DNA from: an uncultured Methylomirabilota bacterium
GTDB taxonomy: Bacteria; Methylomirabilota; Methylomirabilia; Methylomirabilales; 2-02-FULL-66-22
NCBI GenBank assembly: GCA_963845565.1
Contig: CAWJSJ010000002.1
Location: 1,952,001 to 2,016,000, forward strand
DNA: 64,000 nt
Direction: 5' to 3'
Positions 1-9,918 of this stretch are shown one piece after another. The notes beneath the pieces were generated by a model. The model searched no databases. It was not told the origin of the DNA and saw nothing but the letters and a program-made list of their open reading frames with translations. Made by a program: the position numbers and the translations under genes. Numbering within the stretch: position 1 is the first letter of the stretch; every line of letters starts with the position of its first letter.

Positions 1-59
1 TGGACCTGAAGCCGGACCTGGCGGATGCCAGAGAGGGGATGGCACAACTCCAGCCCTGA
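1..59 (+). CDS. 3' end of an upstream gene, possibly TPR-like (partial)
   Basis: Frame reads DLKPDLADAREGMAQLQP then TGA at 57-59. Confidence 0.4.
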   Translation, partial: DLKPDLADAREGMAQLQP

Positions 60-265
60 CAGCCGCGACGATCGCTCCGCCGTTGCCGGGGTGTCCGCGC
101 CACGGTTTTCTTGTTCGCGGCACTGACTCGTTCGGAAGGAGAGGCGGCGCGTTGTCCGACGATGTCTCGGGACCACTCGCGGTTCCGAAGGTCGAATTCT
201 CCGAACGAGCGGCTGGGAGTCTTCCAGTTGACTGGGATGGGCGAGTCTGCCATGCTCGCTCCAAG

Positions 266-1711
266 ATGAGGGCGTGGCCTTTTGGGCGATGGAAGACCGG
301 TTTGGCGCTGACCCGCCAGTTCGCCGTCCTGAGTTTTCTCGTCATCGGTCTGATCACGGCGGCGCTGTCGGCCGTCATGTCCAACTCCCTCCGGAAAGAC
401 CTCCTCGACCGGGAATGGAGCACCACGGCCGATTATATCCGCACGGGCATCCTTACCCACTTATCCCCCGATGACTTTCTCCAGCCAAACGCCGACGCCT
501 CCCGGGAGCATTTCGAAGCGCTGTACACGCAGGGCGTGGCGATGCCCGAGATCGTACGGGTCAAGCTCTACGACGCCGACATGCGAGTCGTCTGGTCGGA
601 CGAGCCGCGCCTGATCGGCGAGCGGTTTGCGGACAACCCGCATCTCGCCAAGGCGCTCACCGGGCAGACCGTGGTCAGCCTGGAGGGGGACGAGCGCAAG
701 GAGGAGAACCGGTACGAGGGGAACGAGTTCGCCCGGCTGGTGGAGGTCTACGTGCCGGTGGTGTTCCCCGGTTCGTCCCGGGTGATCGGTGTGGTGGAGA
801 CCTACAAGCTCCCGACCCAGGTGTTTGCCAGCATCCGGAAAGCGCAGCTCACCGTGGTGGGCGCCAGCGCTGCCGGTGGCGTTCTCTTGTATCTCTCGCT
901 CTTCTGGATCGTCCGCCGCGCCTCCCGCCGGATTGATGAGCAGCATCGAAACCTGGAGAACCGCGGGCGAGAGCTGGCGCGGGCCAACGAGGAGCTCACG
1001 GCGGTGCAAGGCCAGCTCTTGGAGGCGGAGCGCCTGGCGGCGATCGGCGAGGTGGTGACGGCGGTCGCCCACGGAATCCGGAATCCGCTCGCCAACATCC
1101 GGGCGGCGGCGCAGGTGGCGGGGCTGGGGTCGCGCGAGGGCGGACCGTCCGTCCCGTCCGCCAAACATCTTGCCAGCATCATGGCCGAGGTGGACCGGCT
1201 GGAGAGCCGGCTGAAAGAGTTGCTGCAGTTCGTGCGACCTGCGGATCGGGCGTACGTGCCGGTGGATCTCAACGCCGTCGTCGGCGAAGCCATTCAGATG
1301 GTGGCTGGCCGGATGGCGACGGCACAGGTGTCTCTCACCCGGACCCTGGCGGTCGGCCTTCCGCCGGTGAGCGGGAACGGGATGCTCCTGGAACAGGTGG
1401 CGTTGAGTTTGCTGGCCAACGCGGTCGAGGCGATGCCGCCCGGCGGCGGGACGATCAGCGTCACGACCGGTGCGGACGCGGAAGCCCGGGGCGTCTTTCT
1501 CGAGGTGCGTGACAGCGGAGTCGGTATCGCTGCCGAGAGACTCCCGAAGCTCTTCACGGCCTTCTACACGACGAAAGCGCAGGGAACGGGTCTGGGGCTT
1601 GCGATTGCCAAGAAGTTCACCGAGGCGCACGGCGGAACCATCGCGGTGTCCAGCCAGGCGGGCGCGGGCGCCACCTTTCGTGTGACGCTGCCCGCGCACA
1701 GGGAGGCGTGA
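266..1711 (+). CDS. Membrane sensor histidine kinase (NtrB-like)
   Basis: Two TM segments, H-box AHGIRNPL, N-box LLANAVEA, G boxes DSGVG and GTGLGL; ATG 266 follows TTGACT-17-CATGCT. Confidence 0.9.
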   Translation: MRAWPFGRWKTGLALTRQFAVLSFLVIGLITAALSAVMSNSLRKDLLDREWSTTADYIRTGILTHLSPDDFLQPNADASREHFEALYTQGVAMPEIVRVKLYDADMRVVWSDEPRLIGERFADNPHLAKALTGQTVVSLEGDERKEENRYEGNEFARLVEVYVPVVFPGSSRVIGVVETYKLPTQVFASIRKAQLTVVGASAAGGVLLYLSLFWIVRRASRRIDEQHRNLENRGRELARANEELTAVQGQLLEAERLAAIGEVVTAVAHGIRNPLANIRAAAQVAGLGSREGGPSVPSAKHLASIMAEVDRLESRLKELLQFVRPADRAYVPVDLNAVVGEAIQMVAGRMATAQVSLTRTLAVGLPPVSGNGMLLEQVALSLLANAVEAMPPGGGTISVTTGADAEARGVFLEVRDSGVGIAAERLPKLFTAFYTTKAQGTGLGLAIAKKFTEAHGGTIAVSSQAGAGATFRVTLPAHREA

Positions 1712-1714
1712 AGG

Positions 1715-3112
1715 ATGTCACCCCACATCCTGGTTGTGGAGGACGAGACGATCCTGGGGGACTCCATCTGTACCTTTCTGGAGCACCACGGGTACATGAC
1801 GTCCGTGGCCCGGTCCGGCGAGGACGGGGTCCGGCTGGCGGAGGAGAACAGCCCCGACGTCGCCATCGTGGACATCCGGCTGCCGGGCCTGGATGGCCTC
1901 AGCGTCCTCCGGAAGTTGCGGGAGGTCTCGGCGGGCACCGAGGTGGTGATGATGACGGCGCACGCGTCGGTCGGCTCGGCCGTGGAGGCGATGAAAGGCG
2001 GCGCCTTCGACTACCTCACCAAGCCGCTGGACCTGGATGAGGTGCGGGTGGTGGTGGACAAGGCTCTGGCTCACCAACGCATGCGCCGGGAGCTGACCTA
2101 CCTGAAGGCGCGGGAGGAGACGGGAGGCCACACCGCCGAGATTCTGGGAGAGTCCCCGGCGATCCGCCTGCTTCGCCAGCAGATCGTGCGGATCGCGGCC
2201 CTGGAGTCGCCCGAGGGCGGCGCACCCACGGTCCTGATTCGGGGTGAGACCGGAGCGGGGAAAGAGATGGTGGCACGCGCCATCCACTACGGCAGCCCGA
2301 GAGGCAAGGGACCGTTCGTGGAGATCAACTGCGCCGCCATCCCCTCGTCCCTCCTGGAGGCGGAACTGTTCGGCTACGAGAAGGGCGCGTACACGGATGC
2401 GCGGACCGCCAAGCCGGGCCTCTTCGAGGCAGCGGACGGCGGCACGCTGTTCCTGGACGAGATCGGCCACATGGAGCTGGGGCTTCAGGTGAAGCTCTTG
2501 AAGGCCATCGAGGAGAAGTCGGTCCGCCGGGTGGGCGGCCTGCGGCCGAAAACGTTCAATGCCCGGATCGTGGCGGCGACCAACCGGGACCTGGAGGCGG
2601 CCATCGCCGAGGGGGCCTTCCGGCCCGACCTCTATTACCGGATCAAAGGTCTCACCTTGGAGATCCCGCCCCTTCGGTCGCGAGGGAACGACATCGTGCT
2701 TCTGGCCACGCATTTTCTGGAGCGCTTCACCCGGCAGTACGGCCTGCCCCCCAAACGCTTGGCTCCGGAGGCGGAGGTGTTGCTCCTGACCTACGCATGG
2801 CCAGGCAACGTTCGGGAGTTGGCGCATCTGATGGAGCGGGCGATCCTGCTTCACGACGGGTCCACGATCGCCGCGGAGCACCTCGGCCTCTCAGGGGGCA
2901 AGACGACGGCGTCGGTGCAAGTCGGCCCGGAGGGGGTCCGGGTGGATTTCTCGACGGGGGGGATTCAGTTGGACGAGGTGGAACGCCAGCTAATCCTCGA
3001 AGCGTTGCGGGTCGCGGCGTGGAATCGAGGGCGGGCGGCGCAGTTGCTGGGAATCTCCAAGGAAACCCTCCGGTACCGCACCGAGAAACACCAGCTCCAA
3101 CCTCCCGTGTGA
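1715..3112 (+). CDS. Sigma54-dependent response regulator (NtrC family: REC-AAA-Fis HTH)
   Basis: Receiver domain, GETGAGKE, ELFGYEKGAYTDA, LFLDEIG, WPGNVREL, C-terminal HTH. Confidence 0.95.
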   Translation: MSPHILVVEDETILGDSICTFLEHHGYMTSVARSGEDGVRLAEENSPDVAIVDIRLPGLDGLSVLRKLREVSAGTEVVMMTAHASVGSAVEAMKGGAFDYLTKPLDLDEVRVVVDKALAHQRMRRELTYLKAREETGGHTAEILGESPAIRLLRQQIVRIAALESPEGGAPTVLIRGETGAGKEMVARAIHYGSPRGKGPFVEINCAAIPSSLLEAELFGYEKGAYTDARTAKPGLFEAADGGTLFLDEIGHMELGLQVKLLKAIEEKSVRRVGGLRPKTFNARIVAATNRDLEAAIAEGAFRPDLYYRIKGLTLEIPPLRSRGNDIVLLATHFLERFTRQYGLPPKRLAPEAEVLLLTYAWPGNVRELAHLMERAILLHDGSTIAAEHLGLSGGKTTASVQVGPEGVRVDFSTGGIQLDEVERQLILEALRVAAWNRGRAAQLLGISKETLRYRTEKHQLQPPV

Positions 3113-3175
3113 CCGGAACGCTCTCCGCCTGTTAAACGCCGCGCCACCGGCGGGGGCGGCGAAGGGCGAAACGCG

Positions 3176-4522
3176 TCAGGCCTCCGTGCCGCCGGTGCAC
3201 GAGATGGCCGGCGGACTGCTCGCCGGCTGCGGGGAGACCCTCCGCGGCGGGCGTGAGAACGTCGGCATCGGGAAATCCTCTCCGCGCGCCTTGACCATTT
3301 CCTGTTTTTCCGCGGTGAATCCAATCTCTTCATCCGTCAGGTAGCAGGCCGGCTCCGGCGCCCACGGATCGTTGTGCACGAGGTCCGCGCGCACGCGCAT
3401 GGCGCCGCCGCAGGCGTCGAACCATCTACAGATGCCGGGCGCGCAGCGTCCCTTGATCTTGGCTCGTCGATCTTTCAGGCCTGCCATCAGCGGATCCGAG
3501 GTGTCCGTCCAGATCCGGCTGAAGGGTCGCTGTCGCACGTTGCCGAAGGCGTAATGCATCCAGAACTGATCGGCATGGACGTTGCCCTGAAAGTCGATGT
3601 CTCCGATCCCCACGCCAGAGCTGTACATCCCGCCCCCGTTCCAGGTCAGAAGCTTCAGAACCTGTTCCGCCCGCGCCGGATCCTTATCGCGAAGCTTCAA
3701 ATACAGGTAAATCCCGTCCACGTGGTTATCCACGGTCAGGATTTCCTTGTTCAGACCCCGTCGGTGGAAATCTTCCGTGCGCTCCAGGATGACGTCGATG
3801 GCCTGGCGGGTCTCCTCGCGGGAGAGATCGTCGTCCGCAATCTGCCCGCCGCGGCCGGCGTAGACCAAATGGTAGAAGCAGGCTCGGTCGACGTGCTCGC
3901 GCTCGATGAAATCGAAGATCCCGTGGAGGTTGGCGAAGTTGTGCCGGGTCAGGGTCAAGCGGAGGCCGACCCGCTGGCCGACGCCGACGCACGCCTTGAA
4001 CCCGCGCACCGCGCGGTCGAAAGCGCCGCCCACCCCGCGAAACCGGTCATTGATCTCCCCGATCCCATCCAGGCTGATCCCGACGTAGGTAAATCCGGCG
4101 CGCTTGATTTGGCGAGCGGTGTCGTCGGTGATCAGCGTTCCGTTGGTGGACAGCGTCGGCCGGATCCCGAGGGAGCGGGCATGTTCGACCAGGTCGAACA
4201 GATCTGGCCGGGCCAGGGGTTCCCCCCCCGAGAAGAGGAGGGCGGGGATCTCGAAATCCGCGAGATCCCGGATGAGGGTCTTGCCTTCCTCCGTGGTCAA
4301 CTCGCCGCTGTACTTCTTGGCATCGGAGTCGGTATAGCAGTGAATGCAGCGCAGGTTACAGGTTCGGGTGACGTTCCAGACGGTGACCGGCCGTCGCTCG
4401 GCCGCCGTCTTCGAGGTCGGCGGCGCGCCGGGACCGACCTGGGGGCCTTGCCCGCCGTGACCGTATCGCAACCCGTCGCTCTCCGCCGTGCCGCCGCAAT
4501 ACAGCTTGCTGACGCTGATCAT
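3176..4522 (-). CDS. ahbC: Radical SAM/SPASM heme-biosynthesis protein, AhbC/NirJ1-like
   Basis: Start MISVSKLYCG, VWNVTRTCNLRCIHCY, LFSGGEPL, C-terminal SPASM cysteines, PEPACYLTDEEI. Confidence 0.8.
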   Translation of the reverse strand: MISVSKLYCGGTAESDGLRYGHGGQGPQVGPGAPPTSKTAAERRPVTVWNVTRTCNLRCIHCYTDSDAKKYSGELTTEEGKTLIRDLADFEIPALLFSGGEPLARPDLFDLVEHARSLGIRPTLSTNGTLITDDTARQIKRAGFTYVGISLDGIGEINDRFRGVGGAFDRAVRGFKACVGVGQRVGLRLTLTRHNFANLHGIFDFIEREHVDRACFYHLVYAGRGGQIADDDLSREETRQAIDVILERTEDFHRRGLNKEILTVDNHVDGIYLYLKLRDKDPARAEQVLKLLTWNGGGMYSSGVGIGDIDFQGNVHADQFWMHYAFGNVRQRPFSRIWTDTSDPLMAGLKDRRAKIKGRCAPGICRWFDACGGAMRVRADLVHNDPWAPEPACYLTDEEIGFTAEKQEMVKARGEDFPMPTFSRPPRRVSPQPASSPPAISCTGGTEA

Positions 4523-4759
4523 GGAGTCCCCCCGCTCGTGCCGCGCGCCCGTGTCGGTTCGGGCGCACCGGTATTGCCGACATCGTATTCCAGCAACATC
4601 GGGACCGCAACGGCTTTGGGGTCGGGGTACGACATTCCTCTTGACAGCGCGGTCGAAGACAGACATCTTCCAATGGAGAAGGCAACGCCTGCGGGAGCCC
4701 TCGCCGAACCGACACCGATCTCCCCGGGCGGTGCCGAAACAGCCGACCAGGTGCGTGGA

Positions 4760-6481
4760 ATGTACACGTCCCACTTTGGGCTCACCGAGGCGCCTTTCTC
4801 CCTGACCCCCAACCCTCGTTATCTCTACATGAGCGAGCGGCATCGCGAGGGGCTCGCCCATCTGCTCTACGGCATCCAGCAGCCCGGCGGTTTCGTGCAG
4901 CTCACCGGCGAGGTGGGAACCGGGAAGACCACGCTCTGCCGGTGCCTGCTCGAACATCTCACGCCCGACGTGGACATCGCCCTGATCCTCAACCCCCGGC
5001 TCACCGTGGTGGAATTCCTGGCCGCGGCCTGCGACGAGCTGCATGTCGCGTATCCCGCCAGCGGAGCCGCCAGCGTCAAGGTGCTGGTGGACGCGCTGCA
5101 CGGCTACCTCCTGCGCGCGCACGCGCACGGCCGACGCACGGTGCTGATCATCGACGAGGCGCAGAATCTCGACGCGGAGGTGCTGGAACAGATCCGCCTC
5201 CTGACCAATCTGGAGACGCCGGCCCAAAAGCTGCTCCAGATCATCCTGATCGGCCAGCCGGAGCTCATGCGGCTCTTGGAGCGGCAGGATCTCCGTCAAT
5301 TGGCGCAACGCATCACGGCGCGCTACCACCTGTTGCCCTTCTCGGCGCGCGACACGTATGCGTACGTCCGGCATCGGCTGAAGGTGGCGGGCGGGAACGA
5401 GGCACTGTTTACTCGGGCAGCGCTTCGATGGGTGCGCTGGTCGTCCGGGGGCGTGCCTCGGGTGATCAACGTTCTCTGCGATCGCGCGCTGCTCGGAGCC
5501 TACGCACACGACCAGCGCCGGATCGGCGCCGCCACGGTCCGTCAGGCCGCACGGGAAGTGTGGAAACCGGTCGCGACCGAACACCGCGCACGCCGCCTTG
5601 TATGGTGGCTCGGATTGAGCGCCCTGGGTCTCGCCGGCCTGGGCCTGGCGACCCTGGGGATTCCGGGCGGCGTCCCTTGGCCGTGGAAGACCGCGACGAC
5701 GCCCGCAACGGCGGTCGAGGCGACGGCGGCTCCGGCCGCGCCTCCGGCAGGGGACCAGCTCCCGGCACGTGACGTGACCGCGGTGGCGGCGGCTCCCGGC
5801 ACGGTTGAGGCGATCACGGTGAATGCCACCAGTCGCCCCGCCGCCACCGGCCCGCGGCTCGCCGACCTTCTGGCGGACCCGGCCACCCGCGGCGATGACC
5901 ATGACGCTTTCGTCAACCTCTACGCGCGCTGGAAAGTGGAGTACCGGAAGGCGAGCAGCGGTCTGGGCTGCGACGCCGGGCGGTCCGCAGGTCTCGAGTG
6001 TCTGTTTCGGGCCGGCACCTGGAGCAAACTGCGCCGATACGACATGCCGGTCATCCTCGAACTGACAGGACCGGCCGGCGACCGGCACCGCGCGGCCCTC
6101 GTGGCCCTGACAGAGGACAGCGCGACGCTGGCCATCGGACAGCGGGAATATGTCTTCTCGCTTGCAGAGATCGACCGGTTCTGGGACGGCGCCTTTATCC
6201 TGATCTGGAAGGCGCCCCCTATCCGGTCGCGCTTGATTTCGCAGGGAGTGCGCGGGCCGGAGGTGGAATGGCTGCGCCGGCACCTCGACGCACTGGACGG
6301 TCGAAAGACGGCAGGCTCCCCGTCCGATCTCTACGACGCGGACCTGGAGCGGCGGGTTATCGCCTTCCAGCGAAGTCGCGCCTTGGTTCCGGACGGGCGC
6401 GTCGGCGGCGAGACGCTGGCGCATCTGGTGCTGGCGGCACGAGGGCCGGATATCCCATCGTTGTCGGCCTCGACGCCGTAA
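4760..6481 (+). CDS. exeA: ExeA/GspA family AAA ATPase with C-terminal peptidoglycan-binding domain
   Basis: MYTSHFGLTEAPFSLTPNP, GEVGTGKTT, IIDEAQNL, LIGQPEL, FQRSRALVPDGRVGGET. Confidence 0.9.
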   Translation: MYTSHFGLTEAPFSLTPNPRYLYMSERHREGLAHLLYGIQQPGGFVQLTGEVGTGKTTLCRCLLEHLTPDVDIALILNPRLTVVEFLAAACDELHVAYPASGAASVKVLVDALHGYLLRAHAHGRRTVLIIDEAQNLDAEVLEQIRLLTNLETPAQKLLQIILIGQPELMRLLERQDLRQLAQRITARYHLLPFSARDTYAYVRHRLKVAGGNEALFTRAALRWVRWSSGGVPRVINVLCDRALLGAYAHDQRRIGAATVRQAAREVWKPVATEHRARRLVWWLGLSALGLAGLGLATLGIPGGVPWPWKTATTPATAVEATAAPAAPPAGDQLPARDVTAVAAAPGTVEAITVNATSRPAATGPRLADLLADPATRGDDHDAFVNLYARWKVEYRKASSGLGCDAGRSAGLECLFRAGTWSKLRRYDMPVILELTGPAGDRHRAALVALTEDSATLAIGQREYVFSLAEIDRFWDGAFILIWKAPPIRSRLISQGVRGPEVEWLRRHLDALDGRKTAGSPSDLYDADLERRVIAFQRSRALVPDGRVGGETLAHLVLAARGPDIPSLSASTP

Positions 6482-6583
6482 GCCGTTGTCAACGAATAAC
6501 GTGACCGGAGAAATTCGGGAACGGCATAAGGAGCCGTAACGAAATCGCAAACAATGGACATGTTATTTCGTAACGGCTCCTAA
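6479..6583 (+). repeat. 105-bp double-hairpin element, family A copy 1
   Basis: TAA-GCCGTTGTCAA...AACGGCA-TAA-GGAGCCGTAACGAAAT-N19-ATTTCGTAACGGCTCC-TAA; matches 17627-17731 and 36726-36830. Confidence 0.9.
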
Positions 6584-6601
6584 TCGGACCCGAAAGAAGA
6601 G

Positions 6602-7374
6602 ATGTCGTACATCCTGGACGCGCTGAAAAAGGCTGACCGCGAGCGGAACCTGGCCAAGGTTCCGACACTGACGACCGTCCATGTCCCGGTCCTCACGACG
6701 GGGAGGCGGGTAGGCGTCTGGGCGGTCTGTCTTGACATTCCTGGCGGGCGGCGGCGTGTTCCTCTGGATGATGCGCCCATCGCCTCCGGCGGCCCCGGTT
6801 CCGGTGGCGGCATCCCGGACGGATGGCGGGACCACGGTGCCGGTGCGCGCGGCCGAACCGCCCCCCCCGGCGGCCCCGGAACCGGCGGCCGCGGCGATGC
6901 CGAGTTCTTCGCCGGCTCCGGGCGTGCCGGCGCCACCCGTGAAATCTGTTGGCGCCGGAAAACGGCCTGCGCCGCCGACTGTCGTGGAGAGGCCGCCTGC
7001 ACGACCGTCCGCTCCACGCGCGCCGGCCCCAGAGGCCGTCCCGCCCACGCAAACACAGGCGGCACAGGACGCCGTGGCGCCACCGATGCCACCGTTACCC
7101 GTGCGACCGGAGCCCGTGCCCAGCCAGGGTGCCGCCCGGCCTGGTGCACCGGCGCCCCCCTTCCGCCGACCCCGCGATGCTGCGGGCGGCGCTGGCGAAG
7201 ATGACGCTTGATGTTTTCGTGTACACGGACGTCGAAGCCGATCGTCTGGTCGTCATCAATGGCAGGCGATATACCAAGGGACAGTACGTCGACGGTCTTT
7301 ATCTCATTGATAACATTACCCCAGAAGGGGTGGCGCTGAGTTACCAGGGGGAGCAAGCGGTCCTCCGACCCTAG
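6602..7374 (+). CDS. exeB: ExeB/GspB family protein, split by two +1 frameshifts (~6731, ~7161)
   Basis: MSYILDALKKADRER start, TM, Pro/Ala linker, C-terminal LDVFVY...RLVVINGRRY domain across three frames; follows exeA. Confidence 0.8.
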
Positions 7375-7644
7375 TCGGGCTCGGCTGCCGGGACGTGCGA
7401 CTGAATGAACGAGGCCGACCGGACATTCAGTCTCTACGTTAAACCCCTTCGGGGGTCGCTGGTCTAAGTCAATAGGGGTTATCGGGGTCGTGACTTCGTC
7501 TTCCAGGAACGGGTGTGAATATCTAGACATGTGCCGCGTCAGACCCCCTGAGGGGTGGAGACTGTCGAATACGGTATGTGGCGTGTAACCGGGACGATTT
7601 GTGCTCGGCCAGAGTCCGACCGGGTCGCGCGTGAGGGCTTCGAC

Positions 7645-8142
7645 ATGAAAAAGATCATGTGGGCGCTTGTGCTGATGGGACTGCTTTTGGTCGGCTCGGC
7701 CGTCCCCGCCGAGGTTGCGGCGGGGGGTCCCGGTGGCCGGGGCGGAGGCGCCAGGGCGGCAGGAGGCGGATTCCACGGGGGCGGCGTCCGGTGGGCAGGC
7801 GGCGGGTGGCGCGGCGGAGCCCCGGGGTGGCACGGCGGGTGGCACGGGGGCACGCGGGTCGTCATCAGGGGTAGCGGTGGCTGGTGGGGGGGGCCAGTGT
7901 GGTGGGGTGGCCCAGGCTGGTGGGGATCCCCAGGCTGGTGGGGTGGCCCAGGCTGGTGGGGGGGCGCGCCGCTCGTGGTGGTCCAGCCGCCGCCCACGGA
8001 GTTTATCCAGCAGGCGCCCACGCCTCCGCAGCAGTCCTACTGGTACTACTGCCAGAACGCGGGGGCGTACTTCCCGTACGTCAGGGAATGCCCCGGCGGG
8101 TGGATGCAAGTGGTGCCGTCGCCGAATCCGCCCGACCGGTAG
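7645..8142 (+). CDS. Secreted Gly/Trp-rich protein with C-terminal YWYYC...YPYVRECPGGW motif
   Basis: Signal peptide, WWGGPG-type repeats, C-terminal Cys pair. Confidence 0.75.
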   Translation: MKKIMWALVLMGLLLVGSAVPAEVAAGGPGGRGGGARAAGGGFHGGGVRWAGGGWRGGAPGWHGGWHGGTRVVIRGSGGWWGGPVWWGGPGWWGSPGWWGGPGWWGGAPLVVVQPPPTEFIQQAPTPPQQSYWYYCQNAGAYFPYVRECPGGWMQVVPSPNPPDR

Positions 8143-8151
8143 GAGGGGAAG

Positions 8152-8751
8152 ATGCTGCGTACTCGATGCTTCCTCGGCCTTTCCGTATTGTCGGCGCTGG
8201 CGCTGAGCGGCTGTGCAACCCTGCCGACGGGCCCCAGCGTGATGGTGCTGCCGGCGGCGGGGAAGCCGTTCGAGGTGTTCCAGGCCGACAACTCGCTCTG
8301 CCGGCAGTGGGCGGGGCAGCAAATCGGTCTGTCGCCCCAGGAAACCGTCAATCAAAACACGGCGGCCGGAGCGGTCCTCGGGACGGTCATCGGGGCCGGT
8401 CTTGGAGCGGCGATCGGCGCCGCGTCCGGGAACCCAGGCCTCGGTGCGGCCATCGGGGCCGGGAGCGGCCTGCTGGGCGGCACGGCGGTCGGCGCCAACG
8501 CCGGTCAGGCCTACGGATGGGACGCCCAGCGGCGGTACGATATCGCGTATCAGCAATGCATGTACGCGAAAGGGAACCAGATTCCTGGAGCGGTGCAGCA
8601 GAATCGACGGACCTCCGCATTGCCGCCGCCCCCTCCGCCCCCGCCCGGCGATCGTCCGGCGCCGCCCGGCCCTCCGCAATCCCTCCCGCCCCCGCCGCCC
8701 CCTCCGCCGGGGAACGCCCCGCTTCCGGTTCCTCCGCCACCGCAGCAGTAA
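8152..8751 (+). CDS. Glycine-zipper lipoprotein with Pro-rich tail
   Basis: Lipobox LSGC, GAAIGA zipper, QRRYDIAYQQCMYAKGN; RBS AGGAGG. Confidence 0.85.
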   Translation: MLRTRCFLGLSVLSALALSGCATLPTGPSVMVLPAAGKPFEVFQADNSLCRQWAGQQIGLSPQETVNQNTAAGAVLGTVIGAGLGAAIGAASGNPGLGAAIGAGSGLLGGTAVGANAGQAYGWDAQRRYDIAYQQCMYAKGNQIPGAVQQNRRTSALPPPPPPPPGDRPAPPGPPQSLPPPPPPPPGNAPLPVPPPPQQ

Positions 8752-8871
8752 CCGCGCGCGGTGTGCTCCTCGTCGGCCGCCCGTGCGCTGGGGTTTTCGC
8801 TCGAACGCACCCAGACCGCATGTTATAGTTCAACCGGTCGCGCGCTGCAATCCGCGACGGGAGAAACGCAG

Positions 8872-9462
8872 GTGACGGCGAAATCCAGGCGGCTCCTCGG
8901 GCTTGCTGGCCTGTTCATGGCGGTGGGCATGGTCGGCGTCGCCGTCATGTTCGCCGTGACCTGGCCGCACAACGCGGTGGGGGTGTATCTCCACGAGCGG
9001 CAGAATCGAACGGCGAATATCCGTGCCCTGGAGTGGCGGATCGCGCGGGAGACGGATGCGCTCGAGCGGGCATTTTATCAGGCCTGGCTGGCCGAGGAGA
9101 AGGGTGACCCGGAGGAGGCCATCCGAGGTTTTCAGTCGTTGCGGGACGACGCCAGGTCCGGCACCGCGCTCCACCTGAAGAGCGCGCTCCGACTTGGGCT
9201 GGCCTACGGGGGGAACCGCCAACCGGATCAGGAACTGGCAACCTACCAGAGCCTGATGAAGCGGCACCCGGGGCCGAGTCGGTTGAGCCAGGCGACGTAC
9301 CATCTCCGGCGGGGCGAGCGCGAGCAGGCTCGCCGGTTGCTGGATGATGCGCTGGCGCGAGACGAGGCCGACGGCAGCCTGGGGGCGGATCGGTCGTTCG
9401 CCCAGCATCTGCGGTCCGGACTTGGTCCTCAGGCCGGCGGGGTGCCGGCCGCGTCCCCCTGA
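8872..9462 (+). CDS. Membrane-anchored TPR-like helical protein
   Basis: N-terminal TM followed by TPR-like helical pairs. Confidence 0.6.
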   Translation: MTAKSRRLLGLAGLFMAVGMVGVAVMFAVTWPHNAVGVYLHERQNRTANIRALEWRIARETDALERAFYQAWLAEEKGDPEEAIRGFQSLRDDARSGTALHLKSALRLGLAYGGNRQPDQELATYQSLMKRHPGPSRLSQATYHLRRGEREQARRLLDDALARDEADGSLGADRSFAQHLRSGLGPQAGGVPAASP

Positions 9463-9500
9463 GAACATGGGCGTACCGAGAGGATTCAGGGCAGGCTCCC

Positions 9501-9854
9501 ATGTATTGTCCGGCGTGCGAAAGCGAACACGTTGCAGGGATCCAGCACTGTCCGGTGTGCGACGTGGCACTGGTCGCGGAACCGATCCGCCAGGACACCG
9601 GCGTACCCGAGGACGAGTCCATCGTCACCGCCGTCGAGGTGTGGAATCCCGCGGAGGCGGAGATCGTCTGCTCGCTCCTGCGCGGCCACGGAATTCCCTG
9701 TCTGCTCAAGGCCGAGAACCAGTACGCGGTGGACGCGACGTACACTGTGGGGCCGCTGGCGCGCCGGTGCATCCTGGTACGGGCCAGCGACCTGGACCGC
9801 GCCCGGGAGATCCTGCAGGCCGCGCCACTCCCCGACCTTCCGCTCGAAGGCTGA
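9501..9854 (+). CDS. Zinc-ribbon plus DUF2007-like putative signal-transducing protein
   Basis: CPAC...CPVCDVALV; EAEIVCSLLRGHGIP...ILVRASDLDRAREIL. Confidence 0.7.
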   Translation: MYCPACESEHVAGIQHCPVCDVALVAEPIRQDTGVPEDESIVTAVEVWNPAEAEIVCSLLRGHGIPCLLKAENQYAVDATYTVGPLARRCILVRASDLDRAREILQAAPLPDLPLEG

Positions 9855-9918
9855 GGCCGCGTTCCGTGCGACGGCATGACCACAGAGGGCGCTGCGGCCG
9901 GCGCGGCGTTTCGCACGT

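Noticed and set aside
2360..2402. GAYTDA variant of the GAFTGA loop as evidence of sigma54 independence
   Set aside because: The key Thr is retained and such variants are not diagnostic without experiments.
3176..6550. Two giant overlapping antiparallel ORFs (1124 aa and 1035 aa)
   Set aside because: Each is a real gene (ahbC or exeA) extended by the stop-free antisense frame of the other, a high-GC artefact.
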